A DNA stretch of 62,952 bases, counting the filler, from Octopus bimaculoides (taxonomy: Eukaryota), in the NCBI RefSeq assembly GCF_001194135.2. It is 4 parts of 4 records of this genome, joined end to end, with 100 filler letters (N's around TTAATTAATTAA, not from the genome) between each part and the next. Parts side by side here need not be neighbours in the genome. Positions count along the whole stretch, not along the records: positions 1 to 30,980 come from NC_069010.1; positions 31,081 to 41,848 come from NC_068995.1; 2 more parts are not named here. One strand, 5' to 3'. The notes below the pieces were generated by a model. That model saw only the letters and a list, made by a program, of their open reading frames with translations, did not search any database and had not been told where the DNA came from. Shown here piece after piece: positions 24,393-34,216 of the stretch (positions within the stretch are counted from its first letter, which is position 1; every line of letters starts with the position of its first letter). The position numbers and the translations under genes were made by a program.

Positions 24393-26838
24393 ATATTATT
24401 CTTTTACTTGTTTCAATCATTTGACTGCAGCCATGCATGAACACTGCCTTTAGTCGAACAAATCAACCCCAGGACTTATTCTTTGTAAGCCGAGTACTTA
24501 TTCAATTGGTCTCTTTTGCTGAACCGCTAAGTTATGGAGAAGTAAATGCACCAACATCAGCTGTCAAGTGATAGTGGTGGGGACAAACACAGACACACAA
24601 ATACATACATGTATATATGTATATATATATTTTATTATATGTATTTATTTTCTCCTAATTAATAAATAACTCGGACAAAATAAATTGGTTAATATTCGGT
24701 TAAAATGTCTTACGTTTAAGCTGGTTCCCATGCATTTCCCTGAAGAGAAGATTACATTTTTAACATCGCCGATTCCTATGGAAGGTATAATTTGTAATCT
24801 TTGAAACATATGTCGGAATAAAAGTATGCAGTTAACATGCGTTTTACTCCATTCATTAAAAATATATGTATATATATATATATATATGACGAGCTTCTTT
24901 CAGTTTCCGTCTACCAAAATCACTCACAAGGCTTTGGTCAACCCAAGGCTATAATAGAAAACACTTGCCATGCAGTAGGACTGAACCCGGAACCATGTGG
25001 TTGGGAATCAAGTTTCTGAAACTTTTCTATTAAACAGACAACTGTCAGGTCATCAACAGTTCGTGTTGGTAGAAGTTTGCTGTGAGCCTTTGATGTAGAG
25101 TGTTGAGTCTCGTGTAATAGTAATAATAGAGCATTGTGTATATACTTTCATCCCACCTGCTTTGTTATATTATATATCCAATACAAGGATATAAAAGTAT
25201 ATTTGTTTTTTATGATCCAGCATGTAAAAAGCACCCAGCATACTCTGTAGGGTGGTTGGCATTAGGAAGGGCATCCACCTGTAGAAACCATACCACAACA
25301 GACAACTGGAGTTTGGACAGCTCCATGTCAAACTGCCCAACCCATGCCAGCATGGAAAACAGATGTTAAATGATGATGATGATGATGATGATCCAAACAC
25401 TAGCTTAATAAAAAAAAATTATTTTACTAAATCCTGCCAAATCTGGATTATTTTAAAAATTAATAAACACACAGGCACAGGAGTGGCTGTGTGGTCAGGG
25501 TTCAGTCCCACTGCGTGGCATCTTGGGCAAGTGTCTTCTACTATAGCCTCGGGCCGACCAAAGCCTTGTGAGCAGATTTGGTAGACGGAAACTGAAAGAA
25601 GCCCGTCGTATATATGTATATATATGTATATGTGTGTGTCTGTGTTTGTCCCCCTAGCATTGCTTGATGACCGATGCTGGTGTGTTTATGTCCCCGTCAC
25701 TTAGCGGTTCGGCAAAAAGAGACCGATAGAATAAGTACTAGGCTTACGAAGAATAAGTCCCAGAGTCGATTTGCTCGACTAAAGGCGGTGCTCNNNNNNN
25801 NNNGGCACTTTTTCGCGCAGCTATTCTCATCCATTCTCCCCACATGTCCATACCAGCACAATCGTCTCTCTTGCACCCCACAACTGATGCTTCTTAGGTT
25901 CAACTTTTCTCTCAAGATACTTACAGTCCGTCAGGTATGCACAAAAAGACAACACCAAGAGATCCCCTTGAGAATAAAATGACAGAAGATCCTAAGGTGA
26001 TGTTAATGTTATTATTTGATGTTGTTGCTTAGCCCCTGATTTGCCCCGATTCAATAAATCTATGATCATAGGGCCCACACTACTATGAGCCATTAAGACC
26101 CAGCAGTACTTGAGATGGGAGAAGGGTCACCTGGTGATTTATAGTTGTTGAGGTACTTTCTGAATGTGAATAGGAGGTTAGCTTCTTCACTGCTTATTTG
26201 TAGGATTTTCGAGCGAGATCGTTGCCAGTGCCCCTGGACTGGCTCTTGTGCGGGTGACACATAAAATACACCATTTTGAGCGTGGCTGTTGCCAGTACCC
26301 CCTGACTGGCCTTTGTGCGGGTGACACGTAAAAACACTCACTACACTCTCTGAGTGGTTGGCGTTAGGAAGGGCATCCAGCTGTAGAAACTCTGCCAAAT
26401 CAGATTGGAGCCTGGTGTAGCCATCTAGTTTCACCAGTCCTCAGTCAAATCGTCCAACCCATGCTAGCATGGAAAGCGGACGTTAAACGATGATGATGAG
26501 ATGCAAGCATGGCTTTGTATTGGCACAGATGTGGCTGTGTGGTTAAGAAGTTCACTTCCCAACCACATCGTTTCAGGTTCAGTCCCACTGCAGAGGACTG
26601 AATATACACACACACATAGGAAAGGGTGCTGAAAAGTTCCTGGCTTTGAGTGAAAGAAAACACAGGAGGCTCAGTTAATTACGATTTTATTGAAGATATT
26701 CCCCTCTCAGATTCACACACATATTGCAGCGGTCCTTCAGTTTCTCTAAGCTCTGTAAAAGAACTCAGAAGTTTAGGCCTCCAACCAGGCCTTTTGCGAT
26801 ACCCTTAAGGCCAGGAACCTTTCAGCACCTCCTCGCGC

Positions 26839-26872
<34 letters not shown>

Positions 26873-27579
26873 TTATATATAGGCGCAGGAGTAGCTGTGT
26901 GGTAAGAAGCTTGCTTTCCAACCACATGGTTCTGAGTTCAGTCCCACTGCATGGCACCTTGGGCAAATGTCATCTATTATAGCTTCAGAGAAAGAGAGAG
27001 ACAGACAGACAGAAAACGGTGAAGGGAGAGAAAAAGGGAATTAGAGAAGGATGGAGGAAGAAAACAGTAAAGAGTAGAGTCGCATCAAAAAGGTTGAGAT
27101 AAACTTACTTAGAAATGGATGTGTGGCGTTCAATTAAATAATTATATAAATAATATCTCTCTCCCTTTCTCTTTTTCTCTCTCTTGTTGCTCACACGTGA
27201 CCATCATCCATCTTTCTTTTCCTGCATGGATGTTCAAAGGACTGGACGTTTTCTTTCTGTTTTCAAAGAAAATATTTCTCTCAGTGTTCACTATTTTCCT
27301 CTCGTTCTGGCCTAATGACCCTCCATGTTTGTTTTCATTCGGTTTCCTTGTATGTCTCCACTGTTCTGTTTTTGTTCCCAGCTTTCACGCTCCATAAATC
27401 CTAAATTTTATTTTAGAATTTATGGGAGCAACTGTCTTTGAAGACTCATATTGTTGTTGAATGCTCGAAATGAGGAGTAGATAGACGGCCGACAATGGAT
27501 GAAAAGTTGTTCTCTGTTTACTTGTTTGTTTTCATATTTCATGTTGCTTATACAGTTGGTGACGTCCTGTACCCATGTA

Positions 27580-27614
<35 letters not shown>

Positions 27615-30597
27615 ACTATTATTATTTAATTGAATGCCATGCATCCATTTCCAAGTATATATATATATATACACAACAGGCTCCGATGTGGTTTCTGTGT
27701 ATTAAATTTGGTCACAAAGCATTGGTCAGCTGGTCGGTCTGGGACTAATAGGAGACACTTGCCCAAGATGCCCTGTGGTAAACTTGAAACTGCGTAGTCA
27801 CAAAGCTGATTTCTTGTAGGTATATACCATTCATATCTCTAAAAATGACACATTTTAATGCCCATAATCATTTGTGTTTTCTTTTTTTATTTCTATTATT
27901 TCACAGCCTGAAACCCAACCAGTAAGATACTCCGTTCGAATGAAGGGCCTCACTGGTCGATATCACTCTGTAAGTATACATTAGTCTTTTTTGTAATGAT
28001 ATTGTGCTGTTTTTGTGGGGTACGTCTCGGGGACAGCAGAGTGACTGCCAAAAGAGTAAAGGAGTGACTGGACATTCCATGTAGCATCACAAATTTTGTC
28101 ACATAAGATGATTTCTCGGTGGTCATGTGGCATGCACTGATCCTTTCCAATGTTGGGTAGCCTGGTTTCTTCTGATCAGTGTTGTAACAAATTGAAAGTT
28201 CTTCTGGGCTGGTTGTTGATTCTCCACAGAATCATCAGATGATGGGGCTGCCATCCTGGTGTTGAGCCAATGTTCTGTGGGTCTCCATTAACTTGGAATC
28301 TCACCAGGAGACAGGCCAGCCTAGAGGGTACCCTACAAGAAGCAAAGCTCCAGATGGTATTGCTCTCTTGGATTTATGGAACACATGGTGTTGAGCTGAT
28401 GTACCATGGGTCACCATTAGTCTGGAACCTCTACTGGGATACCGGCTCACTTAGGAGGTACCCCACCAGAAGCAAAGTCCCAGATGGTATTGCTTTCAGA
28501 TTTATGGAACACATGGTGTTGAGCCAACACAACGTGGGTCACTGTTAATCTGGAACTACTAGGAGCAAAGCTGCAGATGGCATTGACCTTTTGGGTCTTC
28601 AGAACATACAAGCCCCCTTGCCACAACAAGGCCAGAACCATGGATGACCCCAACCTCATCAAGCAAGAGCATGAAGCAACGAAAGCAATCTAGGACTGTC
28701 AAGGTTTCTAGGGGATGGCCATAGGTGAAGTATGGCTTGGTGGTTAAGAAGTTTATTTCCTAATCCCATGGTTCTGGGTTCAGTTGCACTGTATGTATGA
28801 CACTTTTGCCAAGTGTCTTCTACCATAACACTTGCCTGACCAAATCCCTGTGAGTGAATTTGGTAGACAGAAACTGAAAGAAGCCTGTTGTGTATATATA
28901 TATATATTTAAGTCACAGTATATAGATTCAAGTAATCTGGCAGTACTCAGTAAAAAAGCTCCTTAATGTATCATTCTACAAACCATATACAATATATAGT
29001 AAGAACCAGGCTTTACAAAAATGTAATAAGTGCCAGGGTTGATTTGTTCTACTAAAATTCTTCAAAGTGGTGGCCCAGAATGGCCACAGTCTAATGACTG
29101 AAACAAGTAAAACGATTAAGAAAATATGTGTGTGAGAGTCTGTGTATACACAAACATATACATTCTGCAAAGACTATTTTCCTAGATGTCTACAGAGAAC
29201 GAGTGGAGATGAAGAGATGAACCAGATATATTTTGGCAAATGCATCTTCCTATTTTAGAGTCTTTTTTTTTTTTTTTGGTGGTGGGTAGGGGACATTTAC
29301 ACATTTTGTCAATCCCAGAGTACTGCTGAAGAATACCTTTTTTTTTTTGAAATTTCAGGACACTATAAAGGAGTTCTTCTACCCCATCAAAGTGAAACAA
29401 GTCCACATACCCCGTGGTCTCAATCACAGACAGTTTGGTGAGTAAACAGTTTGGGATAAACCAGTTTATGTTGGTGTTGTTGGTGTTCAGGGTCGGGAAG
29501 GTGGCGTGGCTGAGGTTGATGGTGGTAGTGATGTTGGTGATGATGAAGGTGGTGGTGGTGGTGGTGGTATTGTAGAATAAGAAGCAGCAGCAGCAGCATT
29601 GGTTACAGTGGCTAAGTGATCAAGAAGTTTGCTTTGTAGCCACAAGTTCCCAGGTTCAGTTCCACTGTGTGCATCTGAAACAATGTGTCTTTTACATTAA
29701 GCCCCAAATCAATCAAATCTCGTCAGTGAAACCAAACTGTTTGAGTGGATTATAGTTGTAATTCAAGAAGCACAGCTTTGTCACTCCATAAGTCATGCTA
29801 ATCCTCTCTAAGAGTGTGTCTGTGGAATACTCAGCCAGGTTAACCATAAATTTCAAGAAGCAAGTTATTGAGTTGATTGGTTGCAAAATTGAATGTTAGT
29901 CATTGAAATCAAAGGAGGGACCCCCCCTCTATACTTTCGTATAATAATCCTTTCTACTATAGGTACGGGGCCTGAAATTTTACGGGAGGGGGTTTAGTTG
30001 TGTGGTACTTATTTCATTGGTGGAGGCGCAATGGCCCAGTGGTTAGGGCAGCGGACTCGCGGTCATAGGATCATGGTTTCGATTCCCGGACCGGGCATTG
30101 TGAGTGTTTATTGAGCAAAAACACATAAAAATCCACGAGGCTCTGGCAGGGGATGGTGGCGAACCCTGCTGTACTCTTTCACCACAACTTTCTCTCACTC
30201 TTACTTCCTGTTTCTGTTGTACCTGTAATTCAAAGGGTCAGCCTTGTCACACTGTGTCACGCTGAATATCCCCCCCGAGAACTACGTTAAGGGTACACGT
30301 GTCTCTGGAGTGCTCAGCCACTTGCACGTTAATTTCACGAGCAGGCTGTTCCGTTGATCGGATCAACTGGAACCCTCGACGTCGTAAGCGACGGAGTGCC
30401 AAAAAAAAAACTTATTTCATTGACTCCGAAAGGATGAAAGGCAAAGTCGACCTCAGTGAACTTTGCACTGTACAAAGGAAGCAGGGAGCCAAATGAAATA
30501 AAATCTGTCTGTCTGTCTGTTTCAGGTATTGTGTTTGCTGAATTCTTTAATCCTGAAGATGTAAAATTGGCCATGGAGAAACAAGGGAAGTTTATCA
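14652..30597 (+). CDS. RBM19: RBM19/MRD1 orthologue, 5' partial multi-exon gene (7 exons found, RRM1 and most of RRM2; 3' part missing after the spacer at 30981)
   Basis: Exons with canonical GT-AG boundaries, spliced by eye, give MSRLIVKNLPKN-MTQERLQEIF...KDGVFRKFAFIGY...FVDTSKIQ-VEPAYDLGDANRPRSWSKY...-LYENSEFLEFLEAH...MWSND...-YSVRMKGL...-DTIKEFFYPIK...-GIVFAEF. This matches the recalled RBM19/Mrd1 N-terminus (MSRLIVKNLP, KDGKFRKFGFIGF, KPRAWSK, EFQEFL, TWAND). Confidence 0.93.
15040..15635. repeat. Degenerate tandem array, 5 units of about 118-135 bp, in RBM19 intron 1
   Basis: Core CTAGGACT(A/C)CATTAT starts at 15106, 15241, 15359, 15487 and 15619. Confidence 0.85.
15927..16203. mobile_element. 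hAT-type MITE, 277 bp
   Basis: TIRs caagggttttcaaac / gtttgaaaacccctg, flanked by an 8-bp TSD GTCTAAAT (15919-15926 and 16204-16211). Confidence 0.85.
17103..17681 (-). mobile_element. Internally deleted Tc1/mariner (DD37D/maT-like) transposon
   Basis: Minus strand KHPVNIMVFGVIASDG.VMPPFIFPHG...RPYVWQQDSAP...HYYVWGAVE with stops and frameshifts. Its 5' end matches the start of the 58.57-kb copy. Confidence 0.85.
18527..18709 (+). CDS. RBM19: RBM19 exon 2 (RRM1 core, 61 codons)
   Basis: Acceptor TTCCAG| after a pyrimidine tract, RNP1-like RKFAFIGY, donor CAG|GTAAGG, phase 0/0. Confidence 0.95.
18879..19278 (-). mobile_element. RTE LINE 3' UTR fragment (long variant with duplicated hairpin module)
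   Basis: Same block as 3306-3760 and 26205-26500. Confidence 0.75.
19290..19800. repeat. Degenerate minisatellite (about 55-65 bp units) in RBM19 intron 2
   Basis: Recurrent acataactagatgttcac...(GA)n...ttacacat units. Confidence 0.75.
20371..20627. repeat. Perfect 84-bp inverted repeat in RBM19 intron 2
   Basis: 20371-20454 is the exact reverse complement of 20544-20627. About 25 bp of further imperfect pairing lies inside the arms. Confidence 0.95.
21327..21470 (+). CDS. RBM19: RBM19 exon 3 (VEPAYDLGDANRPRSWSKYSAESS...DSKNK, 48 codons)
   Basis: Acceptor TTTACCAG|, open frame with the conserved RPRSWSKY motif, donor AAG|GTACTT, phase 0/0. Missed by the ORF track. Confidence 0.9.
22372..22840 (+). 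mobile_element. RTE LINE 3' fragment (ORF2 C-terminus + 3' UTR), degenerate
   Basis: GVQER..RWYGHV...CGRGRSRKTW...KHDLRMLGLTE...LEKTHQAK, then the 3' UTR block and (TGA)n tail. Confidence 0.8.
23002..23048 (-). ncRNA. Degenerate minimal type-I hammerhead ribozyme motif (family 1), antisense in RBM19 intron 3
   Basis: Minus strand gacac-CTGATGA-a-ggctg(gagagtacat)cagcc-GAAA-catt-gtgg. Homologous to 49106-49153. Confidence 0.55.
23343..23781. mobile_element. TTAA-flanked (piggyBac-like) MITE with a nested RTE 3' fragment (about 23386-23609)
   Basis: Ends TTAACCCTTcagtatt / aatgctaAAGGGTTAA, interrupted by a (CAT)n-tailed RTE piece. Confidence 0.7.
23943..24159 (+). CDS. RBM19: RBM19 exon 4 (LYENSEFLEFLEAHK...MWSND...MAKN)
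   Basis: Acceptor TTTTATTCAG|, conserved EFLEFL and WSND motifs, donor A|GTAAGC (phase 1). Confidence 0.88.
24395..25010 (-). mobile_element. SINE family B copy split by a hammerhead-bearing insert in its microsatellite
   Basis: Tail half at 24395-24600 and head half at 24885-25010, with foreign sequence between them. Confidence 0.75.
24729..24831 (+). ncRNA. Type-I hammerhead ribozyme motif (family 2), sense strand of RBM19 intron 4
   Basis: ttcc-CTGAAGA(24740)-gaagattaca...tgtaatcttt-GAAA(24803)-C-atat-GTC(24812-24814)-ggaa. Stem I TTCC/GGAA extended by TGCAT/ATGCA. Confidence 0.75.
25478..25793 (+). mobile_element. SINE family B copy
   Basis: Head, microsatellite and tail blocks. Further plus copies or fragments at about 26881-26985 and 28725-29110. 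Confidence 0.8.
25805..25942 (-). pseudogene. RTE LINE ORF2 fragment
   Basis: Minus strand LREKLNLRSISCGVQERRLCWYGHVGRMDE, matching the RTE RL.WYGHV.RM motif. Confidence 0.75.
26205..26500 (+). mobile_element. RTE LINE 3' UTR fragment
   Basis: Diagnostic block ending in (TGA)n. Confidence 0.75.
26617..26835. mobile_element. Mariner-derived MITE, second copy at about 33873-34100
   Basis: Inverted ends ggtgctgaaaagttcctggc / gccaggaacctttcagcacc, and a homologous internal sequence at 33.9 kb. Confidence 0.7.
27907..27969 (+). CDS. RBM19: RBM19 exon 5 (PETQPVRYSVRMKGLTGRYHS, RRM2 RNP2)
   Basis: Long pyrimidine tract + CACAG|, RNP2-like VRMKGL, donor TCT|GTAAGT. The 5' phase does not match exon 4 (see findings). 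Confidence 0.8.
28258..28600. repeat. Tandem array, about 2.7 units of 128-129 bp, in RBM19 intron 5
   Basis: ggtgttgagc at 28258, 28387 and 28515, with agcaaag..cagatgg.attg recurring in each unit. Confidence 0.85.
29359..29437 (+). CDS. RBM19: RBM19 exon 6 (DTIKEFFYPIKVKQVHIPRGLNHRQF-G)
   Basis: Acceptor TTTCAG|, IKEFF.P motif typical of RBM19 RRM2, donor G|GTGAGT, phase 0/1, in frame with exons 5 and 7. Confidence 0.88.
30022..30409 (+). mobile_element. Full-length SINE family C with A-tail and 13-bp TSD, nested in a minus-strand SINE family A
   Basis: TSD ACTTATTTCATTG at 30007-30019 and 30410-30422. Family A halves lie at about 29945-30020 and 30410-30470. Confidence 0.9.
30526..30597 (+). 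CDS. RBM19: RBM19 exon 7 (G-IVFAEFFNPEDVKLAMEKQGKFI, RRM2 RNP1)
   Basis: Acceptor TGTTTCAG|, RNP1-like GIVFAEF, donor A|GTGAGT, phase 1/1. Confidence 0.88.
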
Positions 30598-30693
30598 GTG
30601 AGTTGAACCCTTCACTTTGTCAGTTACTGTTCTGTTATCTTGCTTTCATTATCATCGTACCATTCTCTTTCCCCTATCCCTCTTTCTCCCCCC

Positions 30694-30732
<39 letters not shown>

Positions 30733-30980
30733 GGTTCACACTCACATATACTTGTATGTGTACATGCGCATGTACAAGGTTATGATCGTAACTATTTGCG
30801 TACATATCAGCATATGTATCTATATGCGAGATGCTATATACATTTTTGTATACGCGCATATGCGCAATCTAAATTTTTATGCACGTTCACTATATGTTCT
30901 TGCTTATTTTCTCTCTCTACTTCTTCCTTCCTATCCCCAGCCTTTCTCTCTTCTCTTTTCTTCCTTTTTTTCCATTTCTT

Positions 30981-31080
30981 NNNNNNNNNNNNNNNNNNNN
31001 NNNNNNNNNNNNNNNNNNNNNNNNTTAATTAATTAANNNNNNNNNNNNNNNNNNNNNNNNNNNNNNNNNNNNNNNNNNNN
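30981..31080. other. Artificial 100-bp assembly spacer N44-TTAATTAATTAA-N44
   Basis: Identical layout at three positions. The 12-mer has stop codons in all six frames. Confidence 0.9.
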
Positions 31081-31802
31081 TATATATATATATATATATA
31101 TGTATGTATATATATATATACACGACGTTTTTCTTTTAGTTTCCGTCTACCAAATCCACTCACAAAGCTTTGGTCGGACCTAGGTTATAGTTGTAGACGC
31201 TTGGCCGAGGAGTCACGCAGTGAGACTGAACTTGGAACCATGTGGCTAGGAAGCAAATTTCTTACCACACGGCTAAAACTACGACTATATACATTTCACT
31301 GATGCTGCTTTCCTCGAGAGCTTTTCAGACTTTCCACCCTGAACTCTATCACAATTTCCAATTAATATACAAAAATATATTTATGTATTGAGTACTTACA
31401 AGCCTCGAATATTCTTTTAATCCTCCACATAGCTCAACTTTCTTTGCGAAGCGTGCCGCACGAGACGTAACACATCAACAGCCGGGTAGTTTTTCGTTAA
31501 TCACGTGGACTGAAAATTATCTATGTCTGTCTTAGTATTTTCATATAACATTCTTATTTAGGGATAGAATTAATTGGTGTTCATGTGGTATTGATAGGAA
31601 GTTCGATTCCAATTAAAGCTTAGTTGCTTGTGTATTTATAAAAGAAATCATTTTCTCGCATCATTGAATTTAAACTTTGATGTAAACACAGAACGAAGGT
31701 TCAAATCCAGTTAACATTATATTTAAGATTTTGTTGCTTTACTTTCTAATTAAGATGAAAGAAATACTTTGTTATCTTTGTTGAGGCACTCTTCAAAGCA
31801 GT

Positions 31803-32200
31803 TTAGAGGTACTTGGGAGGCCTGTAAAGACCAACAATGATTATGTCTTCGGCCTTTTTGAATAGTGATACAAATTCACAATAGCCATTGGAAAGTATGT
31901 CCTTGGCATCAACTGAAAAGTCGTCATAGAGAAAGATGGCTGTCCCCACTTTATTTCGGTCTGTGCGATCTGCACGGATGGTGGTGAAATCTTTTATTTT
32001 CACCTCGGCATCCATATGTGTGCTGTTCAGGTGAGTTTCTTTAAGAATAAAGAAAGGAAAGCAATGTGCTGTTTCGTCAAGCCAACTGTCTATGTATGGG
32101 ATCGTCCATTTTTGGGTAATGGGTGATGGGTTGATGCCACGTACATTTAATAGGAATGTCGAGGTAAGGCTATTTTGATGTTTGCATTGTTCTAAGAGCT
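31803..32200 (-). mobile_element. LINE ORF2 N-terminal APE-type endonuclease fragment
   Basis: Minus frame TFLLNVRGIN...FFILKETHL...IKDFTTIRADR..NKVGTAIFL...IIIVGLYRPP, with the APE motifs N-x-x-G, ET(H/W)L, R.DR, and YRPP. Confidence 0.85.
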
Positions 32201-33004
32201 CAGTGTTGTTTTATGTTGTTCAGAGGTAGCAATGTGGGTAGTTTTTGTATGGAGCTGTGTGTGTGTGTGATTTTCTAGTTGGTGGTGGGTGTGTGTTGCC
32301 TATGTTTTGCCTAAATTATTGCTGAAAGCACGTTGGATCTCCTGGCTTAGGTCGGCATTCATATTTTCTATATAAGTTAGTAAAACGAGTTGCCTCTTTG
32401 GTTTGCCACGGCATTAGATAAATACTGGCGTTCATTTACTTGGCTAAAGCCGTCAATGTAGTGCTCCAGCACAGCCGCAATTCAATGAGTGAAGCAAGTA
32501 AAAGAGTATACACACACATATATATATACACATACACGCACACATATACACAAGAGAGAGAGAGAGAGAGAAAGAGAGTGACTGTATGTGTGTGTGTGTG
32601 CTCAAAGGCGCGCGATCCATTTTACATTATTTTTTCTTTCGTTGTTTTTAGATTGTATCTTTGAGAATGTAACATATCTTCGCCATCAACATTCCTCCCT
32701 GCTTGGTCATTCATGTGTATGCATCTACACCCAGGTCATCCTGTAGAAACACAGGCAAGTTTCGGAAGGTCAGAGAGCTAAATAGAGCATTATAATAAAA
32801 TAACCATTTCCGGTAGGCGAACAAATACTTCAATGGAATTCGAACCTGCGTAGTTTTGGTGACTGAATATGAAAAAGGAGAAGAAAAAAAGGAAGATTTT
32901 ATCAAACAAGTTAACTAAAACAAATGTTTGTACCGATTTTACACAACACCACCCAGATTCACAAGGGTATGTGTGTAAAGGCCTTTATATATGTACACAT
33001 ATAC

Positions 33005-33041
<37 letters not shown>

Positions 33042-34216
33042 NNNNNNNNNNNNNNNNNNNNNNNNNNNNNNNNNNNNNNNNNNNNNNNNNNNNNNNNNNN
33101 NNNNNNNNNNNNNNNNNNNNNNNNNNNNNNNNNNNNNNNNNNNNNNNNNNNNNNNNNNNNNNNNNNNNNNNNNNNNNNNNNNNNNNNNNNATATATATAT
33201 GCGTGTGAACCGATGTATTTGAGAGTTTCACCATAATCTCTGGGGCAGCCACATCTAGCAGGAAGTCAGCAATACTTACAATCATACTGTCACAAAACAT
33301 GCAACAAGAAAGAACTGTGATATATATATATGTGTGTATGTGATATTTGTATATAAGTATATATATATATATGTGATATTTGTATATAAGTATATATATA
33401 TATATGTGATATTCATATATATATAAGTACATTCGTCACAAAAGTGACAGAGGGTGCTAAATAAGTCTTACCCACGTGAGAGCACTTTTCTAACGACTGA
33501 CAAGGGGAACAAACTCCCTACGGCAAGTGGGATGGTGTCATAGTATATATGTATAGTATTCTTCTCGCAAGTCCTTTATACTAATTATTCATCTCCTTAC
33601 CGTACTTTTATTTACTTATTGTTTCCCCGCGGAATAAACAATGTCTGGAAGCAATAAACAATGTCTGGAAGACTCACACTGTAAAGGCGCACCTTCGATG
33701 CAAATCTGATAAAGTGATACTCTGATGTTTAAAGCCACCAAATATTACATAAATTTTCACATCGAATTTTTGCGTAAACTGACGTCGCAAGCAGAATTGA
33801 CACAGAAACAATTATAACTGATCATTAAAGATGTGTTAAACTATTTCTTTGTCTTATTATTTGGATTACATATACGAAGAAGGGTGGGGAGAGAAAAGTT
33901 TCTGGCTTTGGTTAAAAGAAAATACAGGTGGATCAGTTAATTATGATTTTATTCAACACATTCCCCCTTTCAGATTCACACCATTTATTGCGGCGGTCTT
34001 TCAGTTTTTCTAAGCCCTGTAAAAGAACTCGGAAGGTTGGGCTTCCAACCAGGCTTTCGTACACCCTGAAAGCCAGGAAATGTTCAGCAACCGCCTCGTG
34101 TATGTGTCCTTTTATTTGTTTTAGTTATGAGAATGTGGTCATACTGTAGTGGCGATTTGAAAAGTTTAGTTGATATCAAATAGACCCCACGAAATACACA
34201 TACGAAATATATATAT

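Noticed and set aside
31025-31036. TTAATTAATTAA as a biological motif (homeobox site or PacI site)
   Set aside because: It always sits inside exactly 44+44 Ns, which marks it as a synthetic spacer.
32735-32800. Candidate RBM19 exon 8 (CCCAG|GTCATCCTGTAGAAACACAG)
   Set aside because: It lies beyond an artificial join, has no RBM19-like residues and no canonical donor.
33190-33320. Minus-strand peptide SIADFLLDVAAPEIMVKL with nearby AG and GTAAGT signals
   Set aside because: The splice signals would define only a 7-nt exon, and no partner exons were found.
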